Positions 36,251 through 46,029 of a stretch of 64,000 nucleotides of DNA are shown in pieces. The stretch covers positions 53,423 through 117,422 of the forward strand of contig MFEF01000003.1 in assembly GCA_001777515.1 (NCBI GenBank), in the 5' to 3' direction. A model generated the notes under the pieces. The model made no database searches and was not told where the DNA came from. It saw only the letters and a program-made list of their open reading frames with translations. Within the stretch, counting starts at the first letter, position 1. Every line of letters begins with the position of its first letter. This stretch comes from Candidatus Doudnabacteria bacterium RIFCSPHIGHO2_01_48_18 (lineage in GTDB: Bacteria > Patescibacteriota > Doudnabacteria > UBA920 > 2-01-FULL-46-14). The translations under genes and the position numbers were made by a program.

Positions 36251-36288
36251 ATTCTACATCTATATGCAATTGCATATAGATGTAGAAT
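36251..36288. promoter_or_regulatory. Perfect 38-bp palindrome ATTCTACATCTATATGCAATTGCATATAGATGTAGAAT. Palindrome-family site 3, at the 3' end of the glycan cluster.
   Basis: Exact inverted repeat (18-bp arms). Its left half is identical to site 2852-2889. Confidence 0.5.
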
Positions 36289-36313
36289 AAATACCAAGCT
36301 TGCTCTTGAGTAA

Positions 36314-38515
36314 TTAATCTATCTCGTAAACATAAATCGCTTCGCCCAAATTTTTCAGGCGGTAATAATCAAAATCAAAATAAAGACCGAGTTTGTTGTC
36401 CATGCTGAAATGCTCGCCAGGGGCGGCTGATCCAAAAATTTGCTTGGCGTGCGTTGGCCGCGGTTCATTGGTAAAAAGGTAATACTGCGCCGGCAGGTCA
36501 AAATCTTCTCTTTTTCGGCGCGCATCCACCACCAACGACGCAAAGTCAGCGCCGAGATTGCGCTCAATGGTTTGTCTGCACCTTGTCGAGCAAAATCGCT
36601 CTTCGAGAAGCGCGGCAGATTTTGCGTTCAGCGGAAACTGCAGGCGCGACACGTCATTGACTATAATCACCCGTTCCGAATTTAGACTCTCTGCGGCCCA
36701 ATCGGCGGCCAGGTTGTAGGTGGTCGGCCGCGCAAGATAACAAAGCGTCAGCGCGTAAACCAGAAACGATAGCGCTGCGCTCACTGCTAGGATTTTATTC
36801 CAGCGAAATTCGAGACTCGCCAAAATGAGTCCCAGGAAAAACGCCACCGGCACGAGGTAGCGCAAAAACGGATCAACCGAGCTGACCCAGGGCGCCACTA
36901 TGCTGATGGCGGCCAAATAAACAGCGAGGTACAGAAGGGAGAGCCAGAACAGCACGCGATCGCGGATACCGCGCGTAAACAAAAGCGGCATAAGCAAAAA
37001 CGGGAACATCAGGACCGTCCGTTTTAAATACAGCCAAAACGAAGCCAGCGTGCCGCCGAGATCAATACCGCCGGCTGCCGGACTCGATAAGATCGTGGCG
37101 ACCTGGTCGAGAATATTTTGCCAATTCATGGCCGTAACCGCAGCTACAACCGCAGTCCCGGCAAGCGCAGATTTGAATATTACGCCATAAAATTGCCGTT
37201 CACGGCGAAACACGAACAGCAGCACTGCCACCGCTAAACCGACGGCATAAAAATTGAACGGAAAATTGGCCAGCGACAACGCGGCAAACAATATGGACCA
37301 AAAGATCGCTCGCCGCGATTTGGCGGTAATCGCCGCGTAGAGATAATAAAGCGAGGCAAGCGTGAGCACTGTCGTCAACACCCAGACCTTGGTGGTGCGA
37401 AACATTGCAGTGACAATGATGCTCGTCATCACGAGCACGGTGATACTCGCGCGCCGCGAAAATTTATACAGCAGAGCCGCGGCTATGATTGCAAGAACAG
37501 CGCTTGAGCCGCGCGTAACGAGATAAACCGACGAGAGATTATCCACTACCTGTTCTTTGAGCGCGGCTAGATCAAATCCAAAAAACGGCCAGGCCAGTGC
37601 CAGATATGCCGCGACAAACACATAGCTGAGCAAATAGGTCACGGTCGCGTACGGCACATCCCCCACTGCCGGCAAAACAGTTTTGTTCTCAAGCGCGCGC
37701 AGCACCCCGCCCACATTGGGTGATTCGTCAGAAATGACGTTTGTCAAAGGCAGCGCGTGCGCGAGCCCCACAAAAAAACTCAAGGACAGCAGAACAAGCA
37801 CAAGAAGCTCGAGCCATTTACCGGCAAACCTGACCTTGACTACAGACAGAAACGCTTCCTTGATTTCTTTGAGGGAAAAATTGGACACGCCGCGCGCCCG
37901 ATTCACAAAAACAATCGGCACCTCGGCAAATTCTGCTCCCACTTTGGATAGCGCAAACGACAACTCAGAAAGCACAATGTATCCTTTGGCGCGAATCGCA
38001 TTCAAATCAAGCTTGCGGACCAGCGCTGCCGGGTACACTCGATAGCCATTTGTGTAGTCGCTGTACCCAAGCCCAAGCACTACGCTCGCGTAAAAATTGG
38101 CAAATTTGCTAAAGATGCGGCGTGAAAGCGGCCAGCCGACGATCTTGCTGCCGCGCATGTACCGCGAACCGATTACTACCGTATCAGGGGCGGCTTTGGC
38201 AAGCAGCTCCCCGAGCGCCTGGGGATCATGGGAAAAATCCGCATCCATCTCCACCAGGAAGTCATAGTTTTTTTCAAGCCCGTATTTGAGCCCCTCGATG
38301 ACCGCTGAACCGCGCCCGCCCTTGCCAGAGCGGTGAATCAAAAATAAATTCTCGCGGGTTTTTTGCAATTCCAAAATAAGCTGGTCTGTACCATCGTTCC
38401 CGTCATCAACAACCAAGATATCAAGGCCAAGGTTTTGCCCTGTTACTGATTCAACGAGCTTGGCTATATTTTCCCGCTCGTTATAGGTTGGGATGATCAC
38501 CAGCGTCTTAGCCAT
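36314..38515 (-). CDS. Bifunctional GT2 (Dpm1/ArnC-like polyprenyl-phosphate glycosyltransferase) fused to a polytopic GT-C-like membrane domain
   Basis: N-terminal VIIPTYNERENI...VVDDGNDGTD (GT2), followed by ~13 TM helices and a C-terminal soluble domain. Confidence 0.8.
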   Translation of the reverse strand: MAKTLVIIPTYNERENIAKLVESVTGQNLGLDILVVDDGNDGTDQLILELQKTRENLFLIHRSGKGGRGSAVIEGLKYGLEKNYDFLVEMDADFSHDPQALGELLAKAAPDTVVIGSRYMRGSKIVGWPLSRRIFSKFANFYASVVLGLGYSDYTNGYRVYPAALVRKLDLNAIRAKGYIVLSELSFALSKVGAEFAEVPIVFVNRARGVSNFSLKEIKEAFLSVVKVRFAGKWLELLVLVLLSLSFFVGLAHALPLTNVISDESPNVGGVLRALENKTVLPAVGDVPYATVTYLLSYVFVAAYLALAWPFFGFDLAALKEQVVDNLSSVYLVTRGSSAVLAIIAAALLYKFSRRASITVLVMTSIIVTAMFRTTKVWVLTTVLTLASLYYLYAAITAKSRRAIFWSILFAALSLANFPFNFYAVGLAVAVLLFVFRRERQFYGVIFKSALAGTAVVAAVTAMNWQNILDQVATILSSPAAGGIDLGGTLASFWLYLKRTVLMFPFLLMPLLFTRGIRDRVLFWLSLLYLAVYLAAISIVAPWVSSVDPFLRYLVPVAFFLGLILASLEFRWNKILAVSAALSFLVYALTLCYLARPTTYNLAADWAAESLNSERVIIVNDVSRLQFPLNAKSAALLEERFCSTRCRQTIERNLGADFASLVVDARRKREDFDLPAQYYLFTNEPRPTHAKQIFGSAAPGEHFSMDNKLGLYFDFDYYRLKNLGEAIYVYEID

Positions 38516-39371
38516 GATAGTATTTTATAGTTTCAGCTAGCCCCTTTGCCAGGGAAAACTTGGGCCTGACAATATTTTGGAATTTACTCAGCTTGGTCGG
38601 TTTATCATCTTCCTTAAAATTGTTTTTTATCGCGATTTTTTTTCCAGATAGCTTGATTATCATCCTCACGATTTCATTTACGCTAAAATTTTCGTTGTTT
38701 CCTATTGTAAAAAAACCCTCGTTGGCTTTTTCCGCTGCAATCAGATTGGCCGTGAGATCATCAATATAGATGAATTGCAGCTTGCGCTTGCCTTGCCCCC
38801 AAACCTCGACTTTGTTTTTCGCTTTGGCCACCTTGATGATGGTTGCGGGGATAAAATTGGCAGTCTCCGGGTCAAAATTGTCGCCCGGGCCATAAATCGG
38901 CGCGGAGCGAATGACTTTTACATCCATTTTGAACTCACGACTAAAAACGGCGAGCAGTAACTCATTTATTTTTTTTCCCAACACATACCCGTCCGCAATA
39001 TTGTCTTCCGCATATTCTACAATGGTTGAACTAAGGTATATAATTTTTTTTGCCTTTGATTTCCCGAGAGCATTTAAAAAAGTTGCGAAGGGTAAGACAT
39101 TATCAGAGGCGAACCGGAATGGATGAGCGGTATGAAAACGCAGATTCTTCTTGGCACCAGCTACATAGTAGACAGTATCAATGCCTGTTAAAACTTTTTT
39201 ACAAAACCGGGGGTCGGCAAGATCTCCATCTTTGCGGGTGACAGCAACAATTTTTCGTCCGCTTTTTTTTAACACAGAAGAAAGCCGGCGGCCGACAAAA
39301 CCACCAGCGCCAACGACTAAAATTTTATTTGTCGATGAGGATGTTGTCATCGCCTTTTTGGTAGCGCTCAA
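38508..39371 (-). CDS. NAD-dependent epimerase/dehydratase family protein (possible GDP-4-keto-6-deoxymannose reductase/epimerase)
   Basis: Rossmann motif [12 protein letters not shown]. Overlaps gmd, consistent with a GDP-sugar pathway. Confidence 0.75.
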   Translation of the reverse strand: MSATKKAMTTSSSTNKILVVGAGGFVGRRLSSVLKKSGRKIVAVTRKDGDLADPRFCKKVLTGIDTVYYVAGAKKNLRFHTAHPFRFASDNVLPFATFLNALGKSKAKKIIYLSSTIVEYAEDNIADGYVLGKKINELLLAVFSREFKMDVKVIRSAPIYGPGDNFDPETANFIPATIIKVAKAKNKVEVWGQGKRKLQFIYIDDLTANLIAAEKANEGFFTIGNNENFSVNEIVRMIIKLSGKKIAIKNNFKEDDKPTKLSKFQNIVRPKFSLAKGLAETIKYYHG

Positions 39372-40389
39372 GGTCGTACTTGGCCATAATCCTCACTAGA
39401 TCCTTAAACTTCACTCTTGGTTCCCAGCCTAAAATCCGTTTGGCTTTAGCAGCATCGCCTTGCAGAATATTTATTTCCGTTGGCCGCAGGAAATGCGGGT
39501 TGAGCTCCACGATCAATTTGCCGGTTTTGGGATCAATCCCTTTTTCCTCGGCGCCCTCCCCTCTCCATTCCAGAGGAATATCCAAAACGTTGCAGGTTTC
39601 CTCAACGAATTCTCGCACGGTGTGTGCTTCACTGGTCGCGATAACAAAATCTTCCGGTTTGTCCTGCTGCAGCATCAGCCACATAGCCTCCACATATTCT
39701 TTGGCGTATCCCCAGTCACGCTTGGCGTCCAGGTTTCCGAGGACCAGTTTTTCCTGCAGTCCCAATTTGTAGCGCGCAAGGCTTTGCGTGATCTTTTTGC
39801 TGACAAAATTTTCACCGCGTCGCGGCGATTCGTGGTTAAATAAAACGCCATTCACCAAAAACATGCCATATGATTCACGGTAAGTATAAACAATCCAATA
39901 CCCATAAAGTTTTGCCACGCCGTAAGGATTGCGCGGCAAAAACGGCGTGGTTTCGTTTTGCGGAACCTGCGTAGTGTTGCCGTAAAGCTCGCTGGTCGAT
40001 GCCTGGTAAAATTTGGTTTTTTTCTCAAAACCAAGGATGCGCAAAGCCTCAATCATGCGCAGCGTGCCAAGCGCGTCTATGTGCGCGGTGTATTCCGGGG
40101 TTTCAAACGAGACCTGGACATGAGACTGCGCGCCAAGGTTATAGATTTCGTCAGGTTCAACTTTTTTAATGATCCGGATAATGTTCGAGGAATCGGTCAG
40201 GTCGCCGTATTCGAGGTGAAAATACGGGTGCCGGTCAAACAAATGGTGGTGGAGATGGTCAATGCGCCAGCGGTTAAACGTGGAAGCGCGCCGCACCACG
40301 CCATGGACTTCATAACCCTTGGCCAGCAGGAACTCTGCCAAATACGACCCATCCTGGCCGTTTATTCCAGTAATTAAAGCTCTTTTCAT
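39325..40389 (-). CDS. gmd: GDP-mannose 4,6-dehydratase
   Basis: [27 protein letters not shown] and the full GMD SDR signature; 354 aa. Confidence 0.95.
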   Translation of the reverse strand: MKRALITGINGQDGSYLAEFLLAKGYEVHGVVRRASTFNRWRIDHLHHHLFDRHPYFHLEYGDLTDSSNIIRIIKKVEPDEIYNLGAQSHVQVSFETPEYTAHIDALGTLRMIEALRILGFEKKTKFYQASTSELYGNTTQVPQNETTPFLPRNPYGVAKLYGYWIVYTYRESYGMFLVNGVLFNHESPRRGENFVSKKITQSLARYKLGLQEKLVLGNLDAKRDWGYAKEYVEAMWLMLQQDKPEDFVIATSEAHTVREFVEETCNVLDIPLEWRGEGAEEKGIDPKTGKLIVELNPHFLRPTEINILQGDAAKAKRILGWEPRVKFKDLVRIMAKYDLERYQKGDDNILIDK

Positions 40390-40390
40390 A

Positions 40391-41581
40391 CTATTTAAAG
40401 AAATTATAGAGGTTTTTCACAATATAATCGAGCTCAGCTCTCCCCATGAGCTGGTGGCAGCCGACATAGAAGCCAGAGTTATTGATCCAATCCGCGACCG
40501 GGTAGTTTTTGGCTTTTAGCTTATAGCGCTTTTGCAAATATGGCTGGTTGATCAAGGGCAGCATGTCCCTTGTTTCAATGCCGCGATTTTCCAGAAAATT
40601 TACCAGCTCTTTCTTTTTTATTCCGGCGTTTTTTCGAATCACCAGCGGAAACATCATGAAGGCGTGTTCGGATTCCGGGTTCTCAAACGGCAGCTGCAAA
40701 TACTTTTCTAATCCCTTCAATTTGCTCTTGAGATACTGCGCGTTCTGCCGGCGTTTTTTGATAACGCGGGGAAGCTCTGGCAGCTGCGCGCAGCCCAAAG
40801 CCCCCTCAAGCTCAGTCGCTCGAAAGCTATAGCCCGGGCGGATAAACCGAAAGCGCTTGGCAATGATTTCTTCGCGCGCCTTGCCTTTTTTGCCTTTGTC
40901 ATCATCAATACTGATGTAAATGCCGTCTCGGCCGTGGTTAGCAAGCGACCGCAAAACTTCGGCGTATTTTTTGTTACTGGTTAAAGCCAAACCGCCCGCG
41001 CCCGTAACGATCAGGTGCGCCGCATACGTGGAAAAACAAGAGATATCGCTCATGCTGCCCACTTTCTTGCCGCGATAAGTTACATACATGCTTTCACAGG
41101 AATCCTCAATAACCTTGAGCTTATGTTTTTCTGCCAATTTCATGATTGGCTGCATGTCCGCGCTCTGTCCAAACAGATGCACGGGGATGATCGCTTTGGT
41201 GCGGCGGGTAATTTTTTTCTCGATTAACGCTGGATCAATATTGTAGGTGTGGGGGTCAACATCAACAAACACCGGCTTGAGGTTCTGCATGAGCACCACG
41301 TTAGCGGTCGCAACAAAGGTCAGCGCCGGGACGATGACCTCATCGCGATCCTGCCAGTTTCCAAGCTCCTTGAGGGCAGCCACAGCGATGCGCAGTGCCG
41401 AGGTGCCGCTATTGACCATGACTGCGAACTGGCTGTCGTGGGCAGAAGCAAATTCTCTCTCAAATCTCTTGATAAACGGGCCATAAGAAAGGCGCCTGTT
41501 TTTCAGGGCCTGGTTTACGTATTTTACGGCTGCCGGGCTGATTTCTACGCAGCCGACCCCGAGATTCTCTTTGTTCACCAT
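40391..41581 (-). CDS. DegT/DnrJ/EryC1/StrS-family PLP aminotransferase (perosamine-synthase-like)
   Basis: 396 aa aspartate-aminotransferase fold, next to gmd. Confidence 0.85.
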   Translation of the reverse strand: MVNKENLGVGCVEISPAAVKYVNQALKNRRLSYGPFIKRFEREFASAHDSQFAVMVNSGTSALRIAVAALKELGNWQDRDEVIVPALTFVATANVVLMQNLKPVFVDVDPHTYNIDPALIEKKITRRTKAIIPVHLFGQSADMQPIMKLAEKHKLKVIEDSCESMYVTYRGKKVGSMSDISCFSTYAAHLIVTGAGGLALTSNKKYAEVLRSLANHGRDGIYISIDDDKGKKGKAREEIIAKRFRFIRPGYSFRATELEGALGCAQLPELPRVIKKRRQNAQYLKSKLKGLEKYLQLPFENPESEHAFMMFPLVIRKNAGIKKKELVNFLENRGIETRDMLPLINQPYLQKRYKLKAKNYPVADWINNSGFYVGCHQLMGRAELDYIVKNLYNFFK

Positions 41582-41611
41582 GCCGCAATTTTATCAAAAT
41601 TTGCGGCTTTA

Positions 41612-42589
41612 TTAAAGCGGTTTTGGCCTTAACCCTTTCACGACTAAATAGACAAGCCCTCCCAATAAAATAAGAGGCAACCCGACAGCCGCAAACATGC
41701 CCTGCTCATTGTTTAGATTATTTCCGGCCAGCCATTTCAAAAACGGCAAGCGGTCTTCCAGCAGATCAAACATTTTGGTATATTTGATCGTTGTGTCGTC
41801 CTCGAGATAATTAAAATGATCCTTCAAGTCTCTTATCATCGTATCCTGCAGCTCCTGCATTTTTAGCCGTGTTGCGTCATCAGCGCCAGTGTACGCCATC
41901 TCATTGAGCTCTACTTCCATTTGCGAAAAAGAGGCGCTTCTCGTCCAAAGTTGTGACTGGGCATCATCAACAGAGAAAGAAATAAAAGTCGCATTATTCA
42001 ATCCATGAGTTGCGTCGTTCCTATTTATATACACTCGCCTGCGACGCTGCTGTATCGTTAAAATCGGACGAAGATCGCTATAATCAACACCGAGTGTGGT
42101 TAAATGCAACTTTAGTTCATCAGTTTGCCCTGCAGTCAATCTTGTTAGTGACGGCTGTCCCGCACTGCCTTCAGGCATTTCAAATTTAATCTCATTGCGA
42201 CTGTCAACATTGCCGGTGTCGGCCAGCTTATCATCGCCACTCAATTTGAGCTGAACTAATTCTTTGTGCGCTCGTGAATCAAGACGATCAGAACGGACGC
42301 GGTAACGGAGTCCTCCTTTTCTCTGATATAGATCAAGATTCCTTGTATCAAAATACGTGTCTGTAAAATCCTCATCTCCGTAAGAGCTTGAAAAATCAAG
42401 ACCTAGATTCCGAACTTCGCGATTATCATCTACATATCTACTCTTCAGATAATTGAAAATTTCATCGCTATTTCCTTCCGGATAAGCCAGGTTGAAATCA
42501 TCCTCAATGCGCACGTCGTCCTGAGCTGAGACAACAAACGCCTGAAAGACGAATAAAAATGCGAAAAATAATACGAGCGCTTTTTTCAT
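41612..42589 (-). CDS. Hypothetical secreted protein with a C-terminal membrane anchor
   Basis: Signal peptide plus a C-terminal TM helix; 325 aa. Confidence 0.5.
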   Translation of the reverse strand: MKKALVLFFAFLFVFQAFVVSAQDDVRIEDDFNLAYPEGNSDEIFNYLKSRYVDDNREVRNLGLDFSSSYGDEDFTDTYFDTRNLDLYQRKGGLRYRVRSDRLDSRAHKELVQLKLSGDDKLADTGNVDSRNEIKFEMPEGSAGQPSLTRLTAGQTDELKLHLTTLGVDYSDLRPILTIQQRRRRVYINRNDATHGLNNATFISFSVDDAQSQLWTRSASFSQMEVELNEMAYTGADDATRLKMQELQDTMIRDLKDHFNYLEDDTTIKYTKMFDLLEDRLPFLKWLAGNNLNNEQGMFAAVGLPLILLGGLVYLVVKGLRPKPL

Positions 42590-42624
42590 GGTAAGGAGAA
42601 TTTTAGCTTTTTACGCGAGTGTGG

Positions 42625-43707
42625 TCAATCGGCAAGATTTTTCATAATTTCCTGGGCGATGTTGCGGCTTCCTTCGTCAGTGAGATGAACACTGTCCAGA
42701 AAAATATCCTCGCGATCAGACAGCCAGGATAGATCAACGAGTTTCATTTCCGCCGCTTTGTGCTCTCCTGCTTTGGACCGAAAAAAATTCAAAAATTCTT
42801 TACGCTGCGGATAATCAGTTATTCGAGCTGGCTGAAAAAAAGCGACGAATCCAGCCCCGCGTTTTTCTGATAAATCTTTTATAAGGGCTAAATTTTCCAA
42901 ATAGGCTTTGGCCGCGTCCGAAGCTTGGCTCTGCATTGAGGGCGGCAACTCAGCAACAACCTGACCGTTATCGCTGCTTCCGCTAAAAAGTTTTTTTATC
43001 TTTTGACGGACGCGAAAAAACAGGTATTTGGAAAGTCGCGATTTATTTATCGTTACCAGCTTCTGTTCTCGAATATTATCAAACCGCTGAGCAAGGCCTT
43101 CATATGATTCATTGGTTCCAGGCGGGTAAGGCAGGTTGTGAACCGCAAAACCATGCGCTGTAACAGCGTCGTTGAATCCATCAAGGGCGATAATCAAATC
43201 AGGGCGATAATCAAGCAGCTCCGTTGCAACGCGCGTAAATTCCTGGCTCGAAACAAATGACGGGACACCGGCATTAACAAAAAGGTATTCATCCTGCTGC
43301 TTGTTGAGATAACCCGATATGGTCGTGTCGTTACTTGACGCGCCGTGCCCAAACGCAGTGGAGCCGCCGATAATAAATGCTAATTTTTTATCACCTCGAT
43401 CTTCAGGAAGGGCGCCTCGAAAACCGCGGCCGTCAATCGAGACCACCGAGTTATTGATCGCAGCGATTTGTGCTTCGTCCCGAGGAAAAAAGAAAAAATA
43501 AAACGGGTGCAAATACTGTTTGGTAAATTCACGGTAAGGCAGCATTTGCGGCAGCGTCGCTGGAGGTTTTGGAGCGACAATCGCAAGCAGCAGCTCCGCA
43601 CCTACTGCCGCGATCAAAACAAAAATGCCGGCAACAAAGAATCTAAATACCCAGCGCATGCTAGAAAAGACTGTAGATAAATGGGGATAGCGCTGAAGAT
43701 TGACCAA
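42625..43707 (-). CDS. Membrane-anchored SGNH/GDSL-like hydrolase (possible glycan O-acyl esterase/transferase)
   Basis: N-terminal TM helix, a GGSTAFGHG block and a DxxH-like C-terminal motif. Confidence 0.45.
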   Translation of the reverse strand: MVNLQRYPHLSTVFSSMRWVFRFFVAGIFVLIAAVGAELLLAIVAPKPPATLPQMLPYREFTKQYLHPFYFFFFPRDEAQIAAINNSVVSIDGRGFRGALPEDRGDKKLAFIIGGSTAFGHGASSNDTTISGYLNKQQDEYLFVNAGVPSFVSSQEFTRVATELLDYRPDLIIALDGFNDAVTAHGFAVHNLPYPPGTNESYEGLAQRFDNIREQKLVTINKSRLSKYLFFRVRQKIKKLFSGSSDNGQVVAELPPSMQSQASDAAKAYLENLALIKDLSEKRGAGFVAFFQPARITDYPQRKEFLNFFRSKAGEHKAAEMKLVDLSWLSDREDIFLDSVHLTDEGSRNIAQEIMKNLAD

Positions 43708-43867
43708 GCATGATGAGCGCGCCGACGAGCAGGAATAAAATCAAAATTGGCGCGAGCCACCATTTCTTGCGTTCTTTCAGAAACTGCCAGAACTCGAAAA
43801 CAAGGCCTCGATTTTTTGGTTCATTATCATTAATCATGTGCGTATTGTTCAGAATCCCACATATCAT
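43661..43867 (-). CDS. Small membrane protein (68 aa)
   Basis: Single TM helix; small membrane proteins of this kind often accompany carbamoyltransferases. Confidence 0.35.
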   Translation of the reverse strand: MICGILNNTHMINDNEPKNRGLVFEFWQFLKERKKWWLAPILILFLLVGALIMLGQSSALSPFIYSLF

Positions 43868-45572
43868 TGGGGTTATCTGCGCGAGCGATGAGAAACTTAT
43901 CCATCAGCAAATAATCAATCCCAGTCCCCATCATGCAGCGGTAAGCATCCCGCGGTGTGCAGACGATGGGCTCGCCGCGGATATTAAAAGAAGTATTAAT
44001 CAATATTGGATACCCGCTCAGTTCCCCGAAGGCTTTAATCATATCATAATAACGCGGATTTTGCTTCCGTCGCACTGTTTGCAACCGGCCAGTTCCGTCG
44101 ACATGCGTTACGGCTGGAATCTTATCTCTATGATCGGGTCTTACGGGGTAAACCATAAGCATGAAGTCTGCGGGCATAGGGACGACCTCATCTCCTTGAA
44201 AATATTCGTTCGCTTTTTCCGCTGTCACCGCAGGCGCAAACGGTCGAAACGGTTCGCGGTGTTTTACTTTGACGTTGAGGATTTCCTGCATCTTGGGATT
44301 GGTTGGATTCGAGAGGATGCTTCTGGCGCCCAAGGCCCGCGGCCCCCATTCCATGCGGCCCTGCAGCCAGCCGATCACAAAGCTGTCTTTGATGAGCTTG
44401 GCCACGCCGGCAAGCAGCGAATTTTCATCCGCATATTCCTTATATTTGATCCCGCTGTCATCCAAAAACTGCTTCATTTCCGCTCTGGTATACTGCGGTC
44501 CCCAGTAAGCATGCTCCATAACAAACGAGCGCGGCTGATCAAAAACGGCATGATAAGCGTAAAATGCCGCGCCAAGACAGCCGCCCCCGTCCCCTGCTTC
44601 CGGCTGGATGTAAATTTCCTTAAAAGGCGTATGCTTGAACAGCTTGCCATTCAATAAACTATTCAGGGCGACACCGCCGGCGAAACATAGTTTATCAACT
44701 TTTGTAATCTCGTAGAGGTGGCGGCATATTTTAAAGATTATTTCCTCCAGAAGAACCTGCATGGACGCAGCCATGTCCTGATGATCCTGGCTGATTTCTG
44801 TTTCTGGTTTGCGGGCTGGACCAAATTCCTCTTCAAATTTTTTTGAGAACATGCGCATTCCATAATGAAAACTAAAATATTCAAGATTGAGGGCGAAGCT
44901 GCCATCATCTTTAACGTCAATAACTTTGCGCAGCTTCTCAAGATAGCGGGGTTTCCCGTAGCCAGCTAAACCCATGACTTTGTATTCATCATTGTTTACC
45001 TTAAATCCCAGGTATGCCGTGACAGCGCTGTATAACAGGCCCAGCGAATGCGGAAAATTGATTTCCGCCAGCTGCTGCAGCTGCTGGCCGCGGCCAATGC
45101 CCAGGGTTGAGGTCTGCCATTCGCCAGCGCCATCCAGTGTCAAAACCGCGGCTTCCTCAAACGGCGAAACATAAAAAGCGCTGGCCGCGTGCGACAAATG
45201 ATGAGGAATGTACAGCACATTTTTACGGTAACCGATTTTCTTTCTGAGGATGTGGCGCAAACGAAGCTTTTCATTGAACCACGAGGGCAGCGCCAAAAAA
45301 AACGGCAAGAAACTCCGCGGAAACATCTCTAGGTGCTGCGAAAGAATCCGGTCAAATTTCAACACCGGCTTCTCGTAAAAAGCAACATGGTCCACCGCGG
45401 ATATATCAATGCCCGCTTCTTCCAGACAAAAAGCAATGGCCGCGTGCGGAAAGGAAAAATCGTGTTTTTTTCTGGAAAATCGTTCTTCCAGGGCCGCCGC
45501 GACAAGCTGCCCATCTTTGATGAGACAAGCGCCGGAATCGTGATAAAAACAAGAGATACCTAGAATATACAT
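43830..45572 (-). CDS. Carbamoyltransferase (NodU/CmcH family)
   Basis: N-terminal Kae1/YgjD-like domain MYILGISCFYHDSGACL and a C-terminal carbamoyltransferase domain; 580 aa. Confidence 0.9.
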   Translation of the reverse strand: MYILGISCFYHDSGACLIKDGQLVAAALEERFSRKKHDFSFPHAAIAFCLEEAGIDISAVDHVAFYEKPVLKFDRILSQHLEMFPRSFLPFFLALPSWFNEKLRLRHILRKKIGYRKNVLYIPHHLSHAASAFYVSPFEEAAVLTLDGAGEWQTSTLGIGRGQQLQQLAEINFPHSLGLLYSAVTAYLGFKVNNDEYKVMGLAGYGKPRYLEKLRKVIDVKDDGSFALNLEYFSFHYGMRMFSKKFEEEFGPARKPETEISQDHQDMAASMQVLLEEIIFKICRHLYEITKVDKLCFAGGVALNSLLNGKLFKHTPFKEIYIQPEAGDGGGCLGAAFYAYHAVFDQPRSFVMEHAYWGPQYTRAEMKQFLDDSGIKYKEYADENSLLAGVAKLIKDSFVIGWLQGRMEWGPRALGARSILSNPTNPKMQEILNVKVKHREPFRPFAPAVTAEKANEYFQGDEVVPMPADFMLMVYPVRPDHRDKIPAVTHVDGTGRLQTVRRKQNPRYYDMIKAFGELSGYPILINTSFNIRGEPIVCTPRDAYRCMMGTGIDYLLMDKFLIARADNPNDMWDSEQYAHD

Positions 45573-45817
45573 TAGAACATCCGATAAAAACTATTTCGCT
45601 CTGGCCGTTTTTCGATTTTCTGCCAATAGCTTTGGCGTGATTGCCGGCCAATATCCAAAAAGTGCTTGCCTGATAGTTTTGCGACAATGCTTACGAGGCC
45701 AATGCCGACAAAATACACCGCAAGCAATAACAGCAAATTTACGCTGTCTGCCACCATGTCGGCAAACTGCTTCATGCCTTCTCTCAAGCTTTTGAGGAAT
45801 TCCTTTACCATACCCAT
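45572..45817 (-). CDS. Small membrane protein (81 aa)
   Basis: TM helix LLLLLAVYFVGIGLVSIVA; sits downstream of the carbamoyltransferase. Confidence 0.4.
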   Translation of the reverse strand: MGMVKEFLKSLREGMKQFADMVADSVNLLLLLAVYFVGIGLVSIVAKLSGKHFLDIGRQSRQSYWQKIEKRPERNSFYRMF

Positions 45818-46020
45818 TTTTTATGGCGACGGTTGATGAGAAATACGATAAAAAAAATCAAAACCGCAAAACCGCTTAAGCCAAGACCGCGCCCATAGCC
45901 GCCTGAGAAATAATGCGACATAGTGTTTAGAATCGTGAAAAATATGGTCGCCGCTAGAAAAAACCCCGTTTTTCGCCCGGCTTTCCGGCCTGGCGCGATT
46001 TCGTTTTGGATATTAAGCAT
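45805..46020 (-). CDS. Small 2-TM membrane protein (71 aa)
   Basis: Two hydrophobic helices; overlaps neighbours, suggesting coupling. Confidence 0.4.
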   Translation of the reverse strand: MLNIQNEIAPGRKAGRKTGFFLAATIFFTILNTMSHYFSGGYGRGLGLSGFAVLIFFIVFLINRRHKKWVW

Positions 46021-46029
46021 AAACCAATA

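Noticed and set aside
36110-36313. 67-aa ORF running through the perfect palindrome
   Set aside because: No RBS, and it reads straight through an 18+18 inverted repeat. The 22-aa sORF in another frame with a GGAGGA RBS is more credible.
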